DNA of 64,000 nucleotides. It comes from Stegostoma tigrinum (lineage: Eukaryota). The stretch is from positions 36,086,180 through 36,150,179 of the forward strand of contig NC_081383.1 of the NCBI RefSeq assembly GCF_030684315.1. Reading direction: 5' to 3'. The notes below the pieces were generated by a model, which saw only the letters and a program-made list of their open reading frames with translations, was not told the DNA's origin and did no database searches. Positions 52,933 through 64,000 of the stretch are shown one piece after another (the first letter of the stretch is position 1; each line of letters opens with the position of its first letter). The translations under genes were made by a program, and so were the position numbers.

Positions 52933-53152
52933 ATCAGCTTTGTAAACATCTGAACTGAGTCCAGTGCAAATATATTTCTTTTTCACAAACGTGGACAAAC
53001 TGCATAGAATACTCTTGTAGGAGTTACACCATAACCCTGAATGGCACAGCATCATTTGTTGTCCATTACTTCAATATACTGTCCAACCTTTCAATTGTTT
53101 TTCTAATTACTTGCTGTATCTGCATCTTTATCAAAACCACCTGAGTAATCAC

Positions 53153-53367
53153 ACTAGATAACAAGGTGTAGAGATGGATGAACGCAGGAGGCCAAGCAGC
53201 ATCAGAGGAGCAGGAAGGCTGATGTTTCGGAAATTCCATTTCTGAAGAAGGGTCTAGGCCTGAAACATCAGTCTTCCTGCTCCTCTGATGCTGCTCGGCC
53301 AGCTGTGTTCGTCCAGCTCTGCACCTTGTTACCTCAGATTCTCTACCGTCTGCAGTTCCTACTATCT
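53153..53367. repeat. Fold-back PLE terminal-repeat mini-insertion
   Basis: ~70-bp imperfect inverted arms around a hammerhead remnant (CTGAAGAAGGGTCTAGGCCTGAAACATC at 53242); perfect 12-bp TSD CTGAGTAATCAC 53141-53152 / 53368-53379. Confidence 0.9.
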
Positions 53368-54149
53368 CTGAGTAATCACCCTGCCCTGCTCCGATGGTGT
53401 CTCTCACATTCAATATTTGCACCAGCTTACCAGGCTCTGTTCCTGGACCAACATGACACTCAGCAAATGTCTGCCAAAACAAAGGCATCCTTTGTCTCAC
53501 TAACTCCAAAAGCCTGTTGTGAACCTTGATGATCACTGTCATTCTGAAGGTGTGCTGTTGTTGACAGACAGAGTCTGACAGAATCTGATCATGGCATTGA
53601 GTCTTAGATTCATTCAGCTCAGAAACGGACCCTTTGGTTCAACTCATCTGTATGGACCAGGTGCTGTTCACCTCTGCTACTTCCTCTGGCAGTTTGTTCC
53701 ATACAGACTCCACCCGCTCGTGAAAATGTTGCCCCTCAGGATCCTTTTGAATCTTTCTGCTTTCACTTTAAACCTATGCCTTCCATTTTTCAACTCCCCT
53801 CCCCAGAGAAAAGACCTGGGATATTCACTTTATCTACCCCCTTGTGGAAGCAAACCCCTACCACCACTCTCTGTCTCCTACCTTCAAACCAGTTATGAAC
53901 CCCATTGGCTAGCTGTCCCTGGATCCCATGTGATCTAACCTTACTAATCAGCCTACTATCCACAACCTTGTTGAAGGAGTTGCTGAAGTGCAAGTAGACA
54001 ATGTGTGTTGTTCTATTTTCATCTATCTCCGCGGTCACCTCTTCCAAAAATCAATCAAGTTTATGAGACATGGTTTGACATGCACAGAGCCATGGTAGCG
54101 ATCCTTAATCAGTGCTTTGCTTTCCAAATCCATGTAGATCCTGTCCATA

Positions 54150-55640
54150 AATGTGTCATCTTACACCTGCCAGCCTTCCCACCTCATCAGGGCACATGTT
54201 TTATCCCCCGTAGTTCTGCACATCAAAGCGTACTGGCTATAGCCAGGGCAATGCTCCAGCAAGGACACTTTATGCTCGGATGGGTGCTGTCAGTCCTAGC
54301 GTCAGTCAAATGAGTGTCAAAGTTGTTGGGGCCGGGTGGTATCAGGGAGGATTGTTGCAATAGAGGGTGGAGGGACTCAGTGCTGGGGCGGTTAGGCATC
54401 AGGCTGGCTTGTGGAGAGTATAAAGATGGTGAAGGGCTGGGTGACATGTAAATATAATGAGGGAGCCAATCTTGCAGGTGAGGGCATGGGATACTGCAGG
54501 CAGGGGACTTACAGGCAGTCATCGCCTCTGTGATCTCCACGGGGAACTGTGCCGCTTGACAGTAGGCATTACCAAACTGTAGTGACCGAGCTTAGGCAGG
54601 GGGCAAGGTGGAACATTGGAATCTGAGTTTGATGATGTGGCTGTTACCGTATCGGGGCTCAGTCAAGACGGGCAGCCCAGGGAGAGCAGGTTAAGGGGCA
54701 TGGGGGTTCACGAGATGGATGGACCTGACAAACAAGTGGAGCCTGGTATTCATGGCGTCCAGTCTGACCTGCCCTGGCTTCCACATCTGTCAGTTCCTAT
54801 GTATAAAAATGACTGGGATCACATCTGGGTGGGTGAGGTCAGTGCCAGTTTGATGGGGGCAAAAAGGGCTCCATTATTAAATGGCATCACATCATTTGCT
54901 TCACATCATCCCATGTGAAGTGCACCCTGTGTACGTGTGTTGGGTGCAAATGCTGACCACATGCAATGACCACCATGTCAGTGTCCTTGCAAACTGCAGA
55001 TGGACATCTCAATGTTGCAGAAGTGATCACAGCTGAACTTAAGAGAGACACCTGTGGGTCACAGAGCACCCAACTTATGCAAGGTAGCAAATAAGCACAG
55101 AACCCATTGCCCAGACACCTGACCCAGACGTATTTTGTAAGACTCTAACATGCAGCACCTGAAGAGTTTGCAGCTGTAGGGTCCCTCAGGGGGTGTACAA
55201 GACACAGAACAGCCAGGGTCTTTCAGCCTCAATGTGTGGGGCTACCATGTCCCAAGGCACCAGCACAGAATTGTGTCAGCCTCTGGATCAGCACCTACAA
55301 GCTGAAGGCCTCCTATCCCTGTTCCTGTGAAGGTGACAGCGATGTTGGATTTCTTTGTGACTGGCTCCTTCTAGAGAACAGGGTGATCTGTGTGTGATCT
55401 CTGTCATCCACACACAGATACATGAAGACAGTGATGGCAATGGTGCCAGGGATGCTGCTCCATTTTGGGGATACTTGGTCTGTGGCAAATTCCCAGTGAG
55501 CAGTAGAATCCGGCTAATGTTCGACAGGAGGGATACCATAAAGGAGTGGCCAGTAATTGATAAGGCAGATTTGAACGATAGCACAAGGAAGCCGCTTGGC
55601 CTCATGGAGAAAAGTCTACCATGAAACTCAACAAAACTTA
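54150..55640 (+). mobile_element. Decayed PIF/Harbinger DNA transposon (HARBI1-like transposase N-terminus)
   Basis: 55318-55374 encodes PVPVKVTAMLDFFVTGSF*, followed by GDLC.IS-like sequence; outer limits uncertain. Confidence 0.6.
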
Positions 55641-56864
55641 CAATTTTGACAAAACAAAGTACATAATTTACCTTTACTCTTTCCTTCCATTCACAGGGAG
55701 ATTTTAAATACATTGGTGCAAGAAGTGACCATGCCACAGACTCCTAACAGTGTTGGTGAGCTAACTTAAACTGTGATGTTTCCGTTATTTAAACGGGTGG
55801 AGCTAAATCTGAGATATTTGGATAAGGTTGCAGTAAAATAACATTATATTGAGCTTGACTCTGCTCTGGACAGTCCCTCTGCTTAAAATAACAGGCCCCA
55901 GTTCTGGATGGGAGCCCAGGTGTTTGTTCATTTCACCCACAGGGAGCAACTGGATTGGACGGCACATACCACACTCAAATACTAAAAGCTAACTGGCTGG
56001 AACTGACAACTCAACAGCTTCTGTTAAACCCCTGTAACAGTTTGCTGAGGTTCAACACATTCTCAATATTCTGTTTCCATGAAAATAACAGATATACTTA
56101 TTGAATAAATCTCATTCAGCAGTTTGCACAATATTGTTAACTGTGTAGCTAGTCAGCTGCTGGTCAATAGCAGGTTAGAGTATGATAGTTAGTTGGCAAA
56201 CTAGTGCATCAGTAACTAGTCACACATTCAACTCTTTCCTGTTCACACAAACTTTGACAGAGCTACTTTATCCACGGGTTAACTGAAGGGTTTCACCACT
56301 ACATTCGGCTGCATTTACCCACAGGAGAGGGATACAGGCATTGGGAATGTGACTGTGTTCCAACCCCTGTCATTACTGCATACAATTCTGCAAGGATTTT
56401 AAACTTGAGAGGACTTTTTCACACACAGGGTGGTGCATGTATGGAATGAGCTGCCAGAGGAAGTGGTGGAGGCTGGTACAATTACAACATGATAAATGGC
56501 ATCTGGAGGGGTAGAAGATTGGAAGGGTTCAGAGGGATATGGGCCAAATGCTGGCAAATGAGATTAAATCAGATGTGACCCCTGGTCGGCTTGGACATAT
56601 TTGACCGAAGGGTCTGTTTCCATGCTCTATGACTCCATGTGCCAGCTCTATGATTTTGGGATTCTGACAGAGGTGTCCTCTTAATTCACCTGGAGTCAGG
56701 TTCCTTGTGGATTGTGGGTATCGGCTGAGCCTTTAAAACTAGAAACAAGCTTCCAGCGTGAGAGGAGCATCAGGAATGGGGAAGACTGAGAAGGTGCTTC
56801 CACAGGGACGCGTTTTCACTGCCCACTTTCAAATCTTTATGAAAACATGGCTGATTTAGGCCCC

Positions 56865-57393
56865 ACACCTCAGGAAGGACATACTAGCCCTGGAGCATGT
56901 CCAGCGGAGATTCACACGGATGATCCCTGGAATGGTAGGTTTAACGTATGATGAACGGCTAAGGATCCTGGGATTCTACTCATTCGAGTTTAGAAGGTTG
57001 AGGGGAGATCTAATCAAAACTTACAAGATAATGCATGGTTTAGAAGGGGTGGACGCTAGGAAGTTGTTTCCATTAGACGGGGTAGATAGGATCCGTGGGC
57101 ACAGCCTTAAAATTAGAGGGGTTAAATTTAAAACTGAAATGAGACGATATTTCTTCAGCCATAGAGTGGTGGGCTTGTGGAATTCATTGCCGCAGAGTGC
57201 AGTGGAGGCCAGAACGTTGGATGCCTTCAAGGCAGAGATCGACAAATTCTTGATCTCAAAAGGAATCAAGGGCTACGGGGAGAGTGCAGGGAAGTGGAGT
57301 TGAAATGCCCATCAGCCATGATCTAAATGGTAGAGTGGGCTTGATGGGCCGAATGGCCTTACTTCCACTCCTATGTCTTATGGTCTTATGGTC
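56865..57393 (+). mobile_element. Young CR1 3' fragment, same family as 40290-41468
   Basis: ORF 56920-57303; (TGGTCTTA)n tail; 7-bp TSD AGGCCCC 56858-56864 / 57394-57400. Confidence 0.95.
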
Positions 57394-58165
57394 AGGCCCC
57401 CAGAGGCTGGATGCAGTGTAGGCCCGTCACAGGGCAGCATTAGGCTGCACTTCTTGCCAGGCAGGCAGGATGGGACACCATAGGGATCGAAACAGGCCCC
57501 GACCAGAACTGGAATTTGGAGATGTACTGGAAACTTCTCGTCGATGTCCATCAGTTTGGTGATAACAGGACCCGTACACAACCAAAGATGCCACCTCCCC
57601 GTCTGGTTCCCAGCCCCACAATGTCTCTGCCTCCAGTGGGCTGCAAATGGAATTAGGACCATGTATTCAGTCAATGTCCTACGTTTAAGAGTTTCCTGTA
57701 TCACGTTTCAAATCTATTTTCTTGCAGGGATCTAATAGAACAGGCAGAGTAGCAATTTCTGTGACAGAAAAGTTTCATAACGTGCAGTTTTTATCATAGA
57801 TTGTCTATGAACAGAGCAACAAATAATTTACACCACAGAGTTTTTATTTGATTGTAGGTGTGAAGAACAATTGGCTAGAAGAAGCAGCAAACATAAAGAG
57901 CAATGGGAAATATGAGACAACAAACGCACTTCAGTTTAAAATGTGAGAGTTTCCAACAGGACTGAGGTGTCACTGCATGAAGCTGACTCTCGGAGCCTGA
58001 ATGGGCGGGTTTCGGATCCTTGCTCTGGTTGGTCAGTGGGAATCGCCCTCACTTGCTCGGATTTCCTTCCTGTTGTGAATAGCTCCGCAACTGGCTTCAA
58101 TGGGCAGCTGCTGCCACAGTCTGTCCCAGGTACAGTCGCAGAAGGCAGGCAGCTCTCTGACAGAA

Positions 58166-58214
58166 ATGATACGGATCTTGTGCTTTCTCTGTTTCCTGGC
58201 ACTGTGGCTGGGCT
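58166..58214 (+). CDS. Ig light chain leader exon (signal peptide MIRILCFLCFLALWLG)
   Basis: ATG, hydrophobic core, phase-1 donor T|GTAAGT, ~100-nt intron before V. Confidence 0.85.
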
Positions 58215-58310
58215 GTAAGTAAAACACTGCTCCTTGCACAGCAGCAGGTTGGGGGTTTGCTGTCTCCTTCGAAAGGGCCCACTTCTGATGTTTTTCTCTT
58301 TGCTGTTTTA

Positions 58311-58624
58311 CCCGTGGACAGTGCCAGACTCTGACTCAGCCTGCACACCTGACTGTGATACCGGGAAACACCGCCTACTCGGCTCTTACATTGGAAGACC
58401 TGATAGCTATGCTGTGGCTTGGTACAAGCAGACGCCAGGATCAACTCCGCAGTGGATCCTGTACTACTATTACTCGAATAGCGCTCCTACCTATGGGCCT
58501 GGGTTTAGCATCGACAGCCAACAGCGGTCACAACATTACAACTTAATCATCAAAAACGTGAAGGTGGATGATGTCGCCGTCTATTCCTGTGCAAAGTGGG
58601 TTTCCTCAGCTAGTGCTTATGTGT
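58311..58624 (+). pseudogene. Ig light chain sigma-type V segment, damaged
   Basis: QTLTQPAHLTVIPGNTA / frameshift / LGSYIGRPDSYAVAWYKQTPGSTPQWILYYYYSNSAPTYGPGFS...YNLIIKNVKVDDVAVYSCAKW; long CDR2 and YGPGFS are sigma-like; first Cys replaced by Ser, acceptor AG absent at 58310, FR3 indels. Confidence 0.85.
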
Positions 58625-58652
58625 CACAGTGACAGAAGGTAAAACAAAAACT
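58625..58652 (+). promoter_or_regulatory. V recombination signal sequence, 12-bp spacer
   Basis: CACAGTG + ACAGAAGGTAAA (12 nt) + ACAAAAACT. Confidence 0.95.
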
Positions 58653-58953
58653 AACATCAGGAAATGTACACTATCTTTGCATTGGATCAAATATTCCTGT
58701 ATTGTACACTTCATAAGTTACTTTAATGTTGTCTTTCTGTACAGTATTTAATAATTGTTATTACTGCATAATTGATAACATCCTGAGTCATTGCCCACTG
58801 TTGGGTGTTGATGACGTTTTAATGCCAGTGTGTGGATGTTGTTGTGAGGTTATTCCTTACTGTCCCCCACCAGCTGGGACACTGGAAACACATGATCAGT
58901 GCTGGCGCTGGAGCATCTGAAGGTGTTTTGTGTCCAATTGCAGGATCCTGGAT

Positions 58954-58991
58954 AATTTGTGTGGACTGAACAGTAGAAACATCAGACTGTG
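58954..58991 (-). promoter_or_regulatory. J recombination signal sequence, 22-bp spacer (23-type)
   Basis: AATTTGTGT (6/9 of GGTTTTTGT) + 22 nt + GACTGTG (CACAGTC on the minus strand). Confidence 0.75.
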
Positions 58992-59025
58992 TGGGTGTTT
59001 GGGCAAGGGACCAAGCTGTTTGCAG
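58992..59025 (+). CDS. Ig light chain J segment (WVFGQGTKLFA)
   Basis: FGXG motif, phase-1 donor G|GTAAAT; ~370 bp from V; about one codon shorter than usual. Confidence 0.92.
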
Positions 59026-59879
59026 GTAAATGGCTGTAAATTTCTTCCTGTGGATATTAACTGTGTGAATTTAGTCACTGAAACTTGATTATTTCTATCT
59101 GCCTATGACTTAACCTTTGTGAAACTTTGTTTCTCCAGACTCTAGAATCAGAAGCAGAGCAATGATTCTTCATGCTGCATGTCTCAGTTTGTGCTGTTTC
59201 TAATGTTGACAGTCACTTTGTAACTTTGTGTCTGATATTGTCTTGTTCATAAGTGCCCTGATTTGACAAGCTCACTTTTGACTTCTCAAGCATTAGTTGC
59301 TATATATTTGGAGAATTTTTTTTTTAATGATAATACATGGTCTAATTCTTTTTCAAACCTTCAAATGCAACGCTGGGAAAGGTTTCAATTGGAATTCTCT
59401 CCTTGGTGCAGTTGTTTCTGTTTTAAGGTTTTCAACATTTACTTGCACTAGTATGAGTTAAATCCAAGAAAAGAAGTGTCATTTGCTTTTTCTATTTACA
59501 TTCAATGTCTTGAAGGTTCTCATGTTGAACTAAATAATTGAACCTTTGTAACTGCTATGCAACGAAACAGCACTCAGCAGGGTGCTTACACGTGACTCGT
59601 TCTTTTGGCAGTCATATTAGGAACAATCCTTTCAGAAACTAAGCACAGCTCATGCAGTGTTCTGTAAAATGCCACCTAGTTCCTGAGTCACTATCTTTCT
59701 TCCGATCCCCTCTTCCCCTCAATTATTGTCATCCTATTGCTAAATATGTCAGTGCTGTTTAATATCCTTCCACTGAACTGGCAATCCCATTATGTTTACT
59801 TCTGAAATTACTCCACGTAGGCCGGTATTTGCAAGTTAGCCCTTATTTACACGTGCATGGTACTTGACGTGGGTCTGGC

Positions 59880-62870
59880 TTCCTCCTCCAGCTCTGAGCG
59901 GACAGGATGTCTGATGCTCCTCTTCATATCCATTAGCCCAGGCTCCCTGATTTTTGGATCATGTTAACAGCACTACTGAGGGAATTCATATTCTGAGGTC
60001 CCGCTGGCTGACCTCTCCTGGAGATGTTAGGCTGGTTCTGTTTTGAGTTGTACCCACTCGTGGGGTGTTTTTGTACCTCGTCTGATTCCTCCGACTCAGT
60101 CTTTGAATACTGGCTTCATGGACCAGACCGTATCCTGCCTCTTGTACCCAGAGCCCGTCAGAAGAAATTCATCCTCTTCAAGTGATAAAGACATTGAGGC
60201 TGCGAAATCCTCCGTGCCCATCTCAGACTCCGAGTGGTCTTTGACACCTGACAGATGGGGAGAACCCACGGGTACTTCCAGCCTTTCTGGCTGTTCAGAG
60301 GGGCTGGGCATGGTTTTTGTTCCTGCCCTGTTTGTAGCTTTAGGGTGATCTGTGCTTGTTCAGGACTGCGACACCTACCCAAACTTTGTATGTGACCAGA
60401 TCTGAGCTTGTGTCAAACATGTCTCAGCCATACAGGGCCATTTCTGTGCTTTCAGCACCAAACGCCATCCCCTGAAGTAAACAATCTCCCTCCCTTCGTG
60501 AGAATCTTGTGTCCAGCACTGGGTCTTCCTGATGACGTTTCACTTACCCCCACCCAGGTCCTGGAAGACAACCTGGTGCGGAGTCTTCTGCTCAATAGCA
60601 AAGGCTGGCATAGTCCATGTGTAACTGAGTTCAAGGTTGACCTGGCCATTCCCGCAAATGTTGTGGGCAGCTGCTGGTGATAATGTTTTGTCCTTGTTAG
60701 CAGCCTGGGCACAGCCCCGCCAATGCGACTGTCTGTCTGTATCCAATCCTGGCCACCAGACATAACTTCTTGCCAACATTTTCAGTTTGGAAATCCCTGG
60801 ATGACAGGTGTAACTCAACCCAATCTAATGGTGACCCTTACTCAGGGCAATCGCTCTCTTGCTCCCCATAATAATAATAATATGCCGTCCTCTTCCAGTG
60901 ATCTGCTCTGTCTGGGTCCAGAAAGACTTCCATTGTGGTTGTGATGGCCTCATCATCACCGACTGCATCAGTTTTGCCAAGACAGGATCTTCTTGTGTCC
61001 TCGGTCTGATTGTTGTCAGTGGCAAGTAGAAGGGTGTCCAGAAAGTTGAAAACCAGAAACAGACTCTTCCAGTGGCGGACCCGCCAGTGGGAGGTGGCTC
61101 AAGGCATCCACGTTTGTGACTTGGTCTCCCCGACGGTGTTCTTCCTTGTAAATGTACGCACTTAAGATGGAAGACCACTGCTCAATTCGACCTGAAGCTA
61201 TGTGTGCGATGTCTGTGTCGTCTTTTCAGTCTATTTGTGGTCTGTTACTGTTACTGTTATTGGTGGAACCTTCTCCTGTAGATGACTGTCGAACCTTCCT
61301 TCTGTATCAGGGAGTGTTTGTGTTCGGCATGAGCCCAGGTCTGGGAAGCGTATGTTACTGGGTGTTACTCCTGCTTTGGGCCATCTGTGCACCAACACTG
61401 CCCTGATACCGTACGGGTGTTAGCACCATATCTCACGTGGGATCACCATGTGCCAACACCTTTAGCAGATGATAGATGCTCCTTCATTTTGTTGAAGATG
61501 AGACTACTTCCAAGGCTGATCCTTTCTCAGTAGGTTATGAGTGAAATTTCTGCAATAATTCACCAATCAAAGAAAGACCTAAGCTCCAGTACAGATGAGA
61601 GCTGCAGTGCCTTTGATCACCCTCCCTTTGCCTTCCAAAGGGTGTAACTAGTCTTGTTGACACTGTTGCCCAAGTAAGTCACTTGGAGTATCTGGAACAC
61701 ATTTTTTCCCTTCTAGGGTGTGCGTTTACGACTAACTTGTCTGCATTGGTCTTCCCTGCTTATTAGCATGTCCTCCAGATACATGGCAACATCAGGTAGA
61801 CCTTGTTAAATATTCTGCATTCCACCGTCTGCTGGAAAATGGCACGCACTGATACCTGAAATGGCAGTCTGATATATTGGTACAAACTGTTTATGGGTAT
61901 TAATTGTAGCATCGTCCTGGGAATCCTCATGTAACCAGAATTGCAAGTATGTGTGGCTCACTCAATGTGGTGCTACCGAGCACAGTCAGCCTGGTGAGGA
62001 TCCCCCCACGAGGGATACAAATTCCCAGCTTTAAACGCAGTTTGTACTCGCACATCTGAGGGATTTAACTTGATTCTTCAGGCCTCAATCTTTAATGATT
62101 CTGACAACGACAGAACACAGAGCACCAGAACAGGCCCTTCGGCCCTCGATGTTGCACCGGCCTGTGAACTAATCTAAGCCCATCCCCCGACACTATCCCA
62201 TCGTCATCCATCTGCTTATCCAAGGACTGTTTTAAATGCCCCTCATGTGGCTGAGTTATCTACATTGGCAGGCAGGGCGTTCCACACCCTTATGTTGTGT
62301 CTTCTCCTTGACCAAGGAAGCCTGCCTCTCAACACAAACTATTGCATTGATATGGCTCCTGATCTAGGAGGCTCATGGAAAAATTTTTCCAAGTAAATTT
62401 ACTGTGCCAATATTTTGTCAAAGGCCAACTAGGAAGAGTGTTAGGCATTTGGTAAACACTTTTTCCATTACGACATCACTTGTCAAGCCCTTGGTTTTTC
62501 GCCACCTCAAATTCTCCCAATACATGCTGGCACTCTCCCTCACCCTCCTTTCATCTCAAGACTGCAAGGAGCAATGTTGCTTTTGATTTTTGAGGCTGGA
62601 GCTGAACTTCTCGGATGAATCCGCTGACTATAATCGCTCTGTAGTGGGTTGGTGGTAGCAGTGACAGCGCAGAGAAAGGGCTGGTTGTTGAGTTTGTTGC
62701 TGGGCTTCTGTTGAGTTTCATTGCTAACACCCAGACCAGAGACTTCACCATGTGCTCACTGCTGGATATAATGTTAATGTTGCTGCATTGTGTACTGTGC
62801 CAGCAGCCATTCCTCATCCAGAGGACTGAGGGGAATCAAGGTGCTGTCGACGCTTGGGAAAGGAGCGTTT
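59880..62870 (-). mobile_element. Decayed Gypsy/Ty3 element in the J-C intron (with a CR1 3' end at ~62110-62290)
   Basis: HPGISKLKMLARSYVWWPGLD (integrase Zn-binding domain) at 60540-60818, TQEDPVLAKL, RT remnants ~61600-61950; limit beyond 62030 uncertain. Confidence 0.8.
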
Positions 62871-63473
62871 GAGATGAAGCAAGAAATTCTTTTATTCTCA
62901 ACTTGAAGGATAAAGGGCTAATTGCAGCATTTTCCTAGACCATTCCATGTCCTGTTCCTCATTAGTCTGTCGAGGTCAGGACGACACCCAAAACCCTCAC
63001 TCCAGGCTGTAGAGAGGGTTGAGATACTTTTTATTCCTGAATGCCAGTGGTGGGCATTGAAGCAGCACAGAAGTGCCACTGGGGTTTGATCAGCAACGAG
63101 CTCCAGATTTCCTCCTCCTTTCATTCAAGGACACTGAGATGAATGGCAGTGTCGGTGCGGCTCTCACCTGGGATCAACCAACTGAGCACAGGCTGATATA
63201 CAACCACTGAGCTGGAAGTGAATTTACCCGCAGTGAGTGTTCTAATCCACAGAAACACCAGGATAACTGGTTTCACGTCAAAATTACCACTTCCCCTTTT
63301 CACAAATCTCAACGCTGTCTTAATGGAGGGATGCTCACTCTCGCACAATAACTTTTTTTTTAACGATTGAAGCTCAGTTTTTGGAAGCAGCAACATTTTA
63401 AAGCTGTTGTTGTTAAATTGAAATGACGCTTTTTTTTTGTTTCGCTAACTTTGATTCTCTCACTCACTTGCAG

Positions 63474-63790
63474 CTCAGCAACTCCCTGACCCTCTAGTGA
63501 AACTGCTTGGGCCTTCAGCTGAGCTGTCCAGTGAAGGAGCCGGCACATTAGTTTGTCTGGTCAGCAAACTGTCCATGGGCTTTGCAGTCAGCTGGACAGT
63601 AGATGGGAGTCCGACGAGCAGTGAGGTCCAAACCAGCTTGGTGTCTCATGACCCAGACAACAGCTTCAGTCTCAGCAGCTACCTGACCGTTCTTGGCAGT
63701 GATCGGAGCAGTGGGAAGGTGTACTCCTGCACAGTGCAACAAGGGACAGCTTCAAAAACAACCGCAACGGTCTCTCAGTCAGGCTGTTAA
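63474..63790 (+). CDS. Ig light chain sigma-type constant exon
   Basis: TTGCAG acceptor in phase with J; C1-set motifs TLVCLVS, VSW, FSLSSYL, VYSCTV and terminal Cys for H-chain linkage; open to TAA. Confidence 0.93.
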
Positions 63791-63927
63791 ATAAGTTTCA
63801 TTTGTGCCTGCTGTCTAACCTTAGCCATAAGATGTCACTTATCTTCCAGCCCTTCACCATTACCCACCCTCTCCCTCTGGAACCTCTGCACTTTGTGTTT
63901 CTGTACCACTTTGTGTGATTGTGCTGT

Positions 63928-64000
63928 ACCATAAGACATAGGAGTGGAAGTAAGCCCATTCAGCCCATCAAGTCCACTCTGCCATTTAAATCATGGCTGA
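63928..64000 (-). mobile_element. Young CR1 3' end
   Basis: Reverse complement of the tail at 57310-57393. Confidence 0.9.

Noticed and set aside
58234-58632. ORF-track 132-aa protein as an intronless V gene
   Set aside because: Its N-terminus is leader-V intron sequence; the real leader exon is 58166-58214
59827-59834. Octamer-like ATTTGCAA as a J-C intronic enhancer
   Set aside because: Single mismatched motif with no supporting cluster; expected by chance

Overview
Eukaryotic, repeat-dominated genomic DNA from a cartilaginous fish (inferred from HE1/V-SINE-like SINEs, CR1/L2 LINEs and a cluster-type Ig locus; probably a shark). Two host loci are clear. (1) A complete four-exon rpl37 gene on the + strand (ATG 16001, stop 22976, 97 aa) with a TOP-like/ETS promoter. 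(2) A germline, unrearranged immunoglobulin light-chain sigma-type cluster (leader 58166, V, 12-RSS, 22/23-RSS, J, C ending 63790). Its V is damaged (acceptor lost, Cys23 lost, indels), but the lesions compensate so that an open L-V-J-C frame survives. The rest is mobile DNA: Penelope-like elements (PLEs) of two families, CR1/L2/Rex1 LINEs, Gypsy LTR remnants, Harbinger remnants and tRNA-derived SINEs, nested up to four deep. The most striking structural theme is that the PLE terminal repeats carry minimal hammerhead ribozyme cores (CTGANGA-stem-GAAACGTH), and that these repeats also occur alone as 110-220 bp direct or fold-back mini-insertions, several with 8-15 bp target-site duplications and most with a breakpoint at or near the ribozyme. 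Most ORFs in the supplied track are TE fragments or antisense shadows of them. Coordinates of old repeats are approximate; gene, RSS and TSD coordinates were counted from the sequence. No searches were run, so family assignments rest on remembered motifs.
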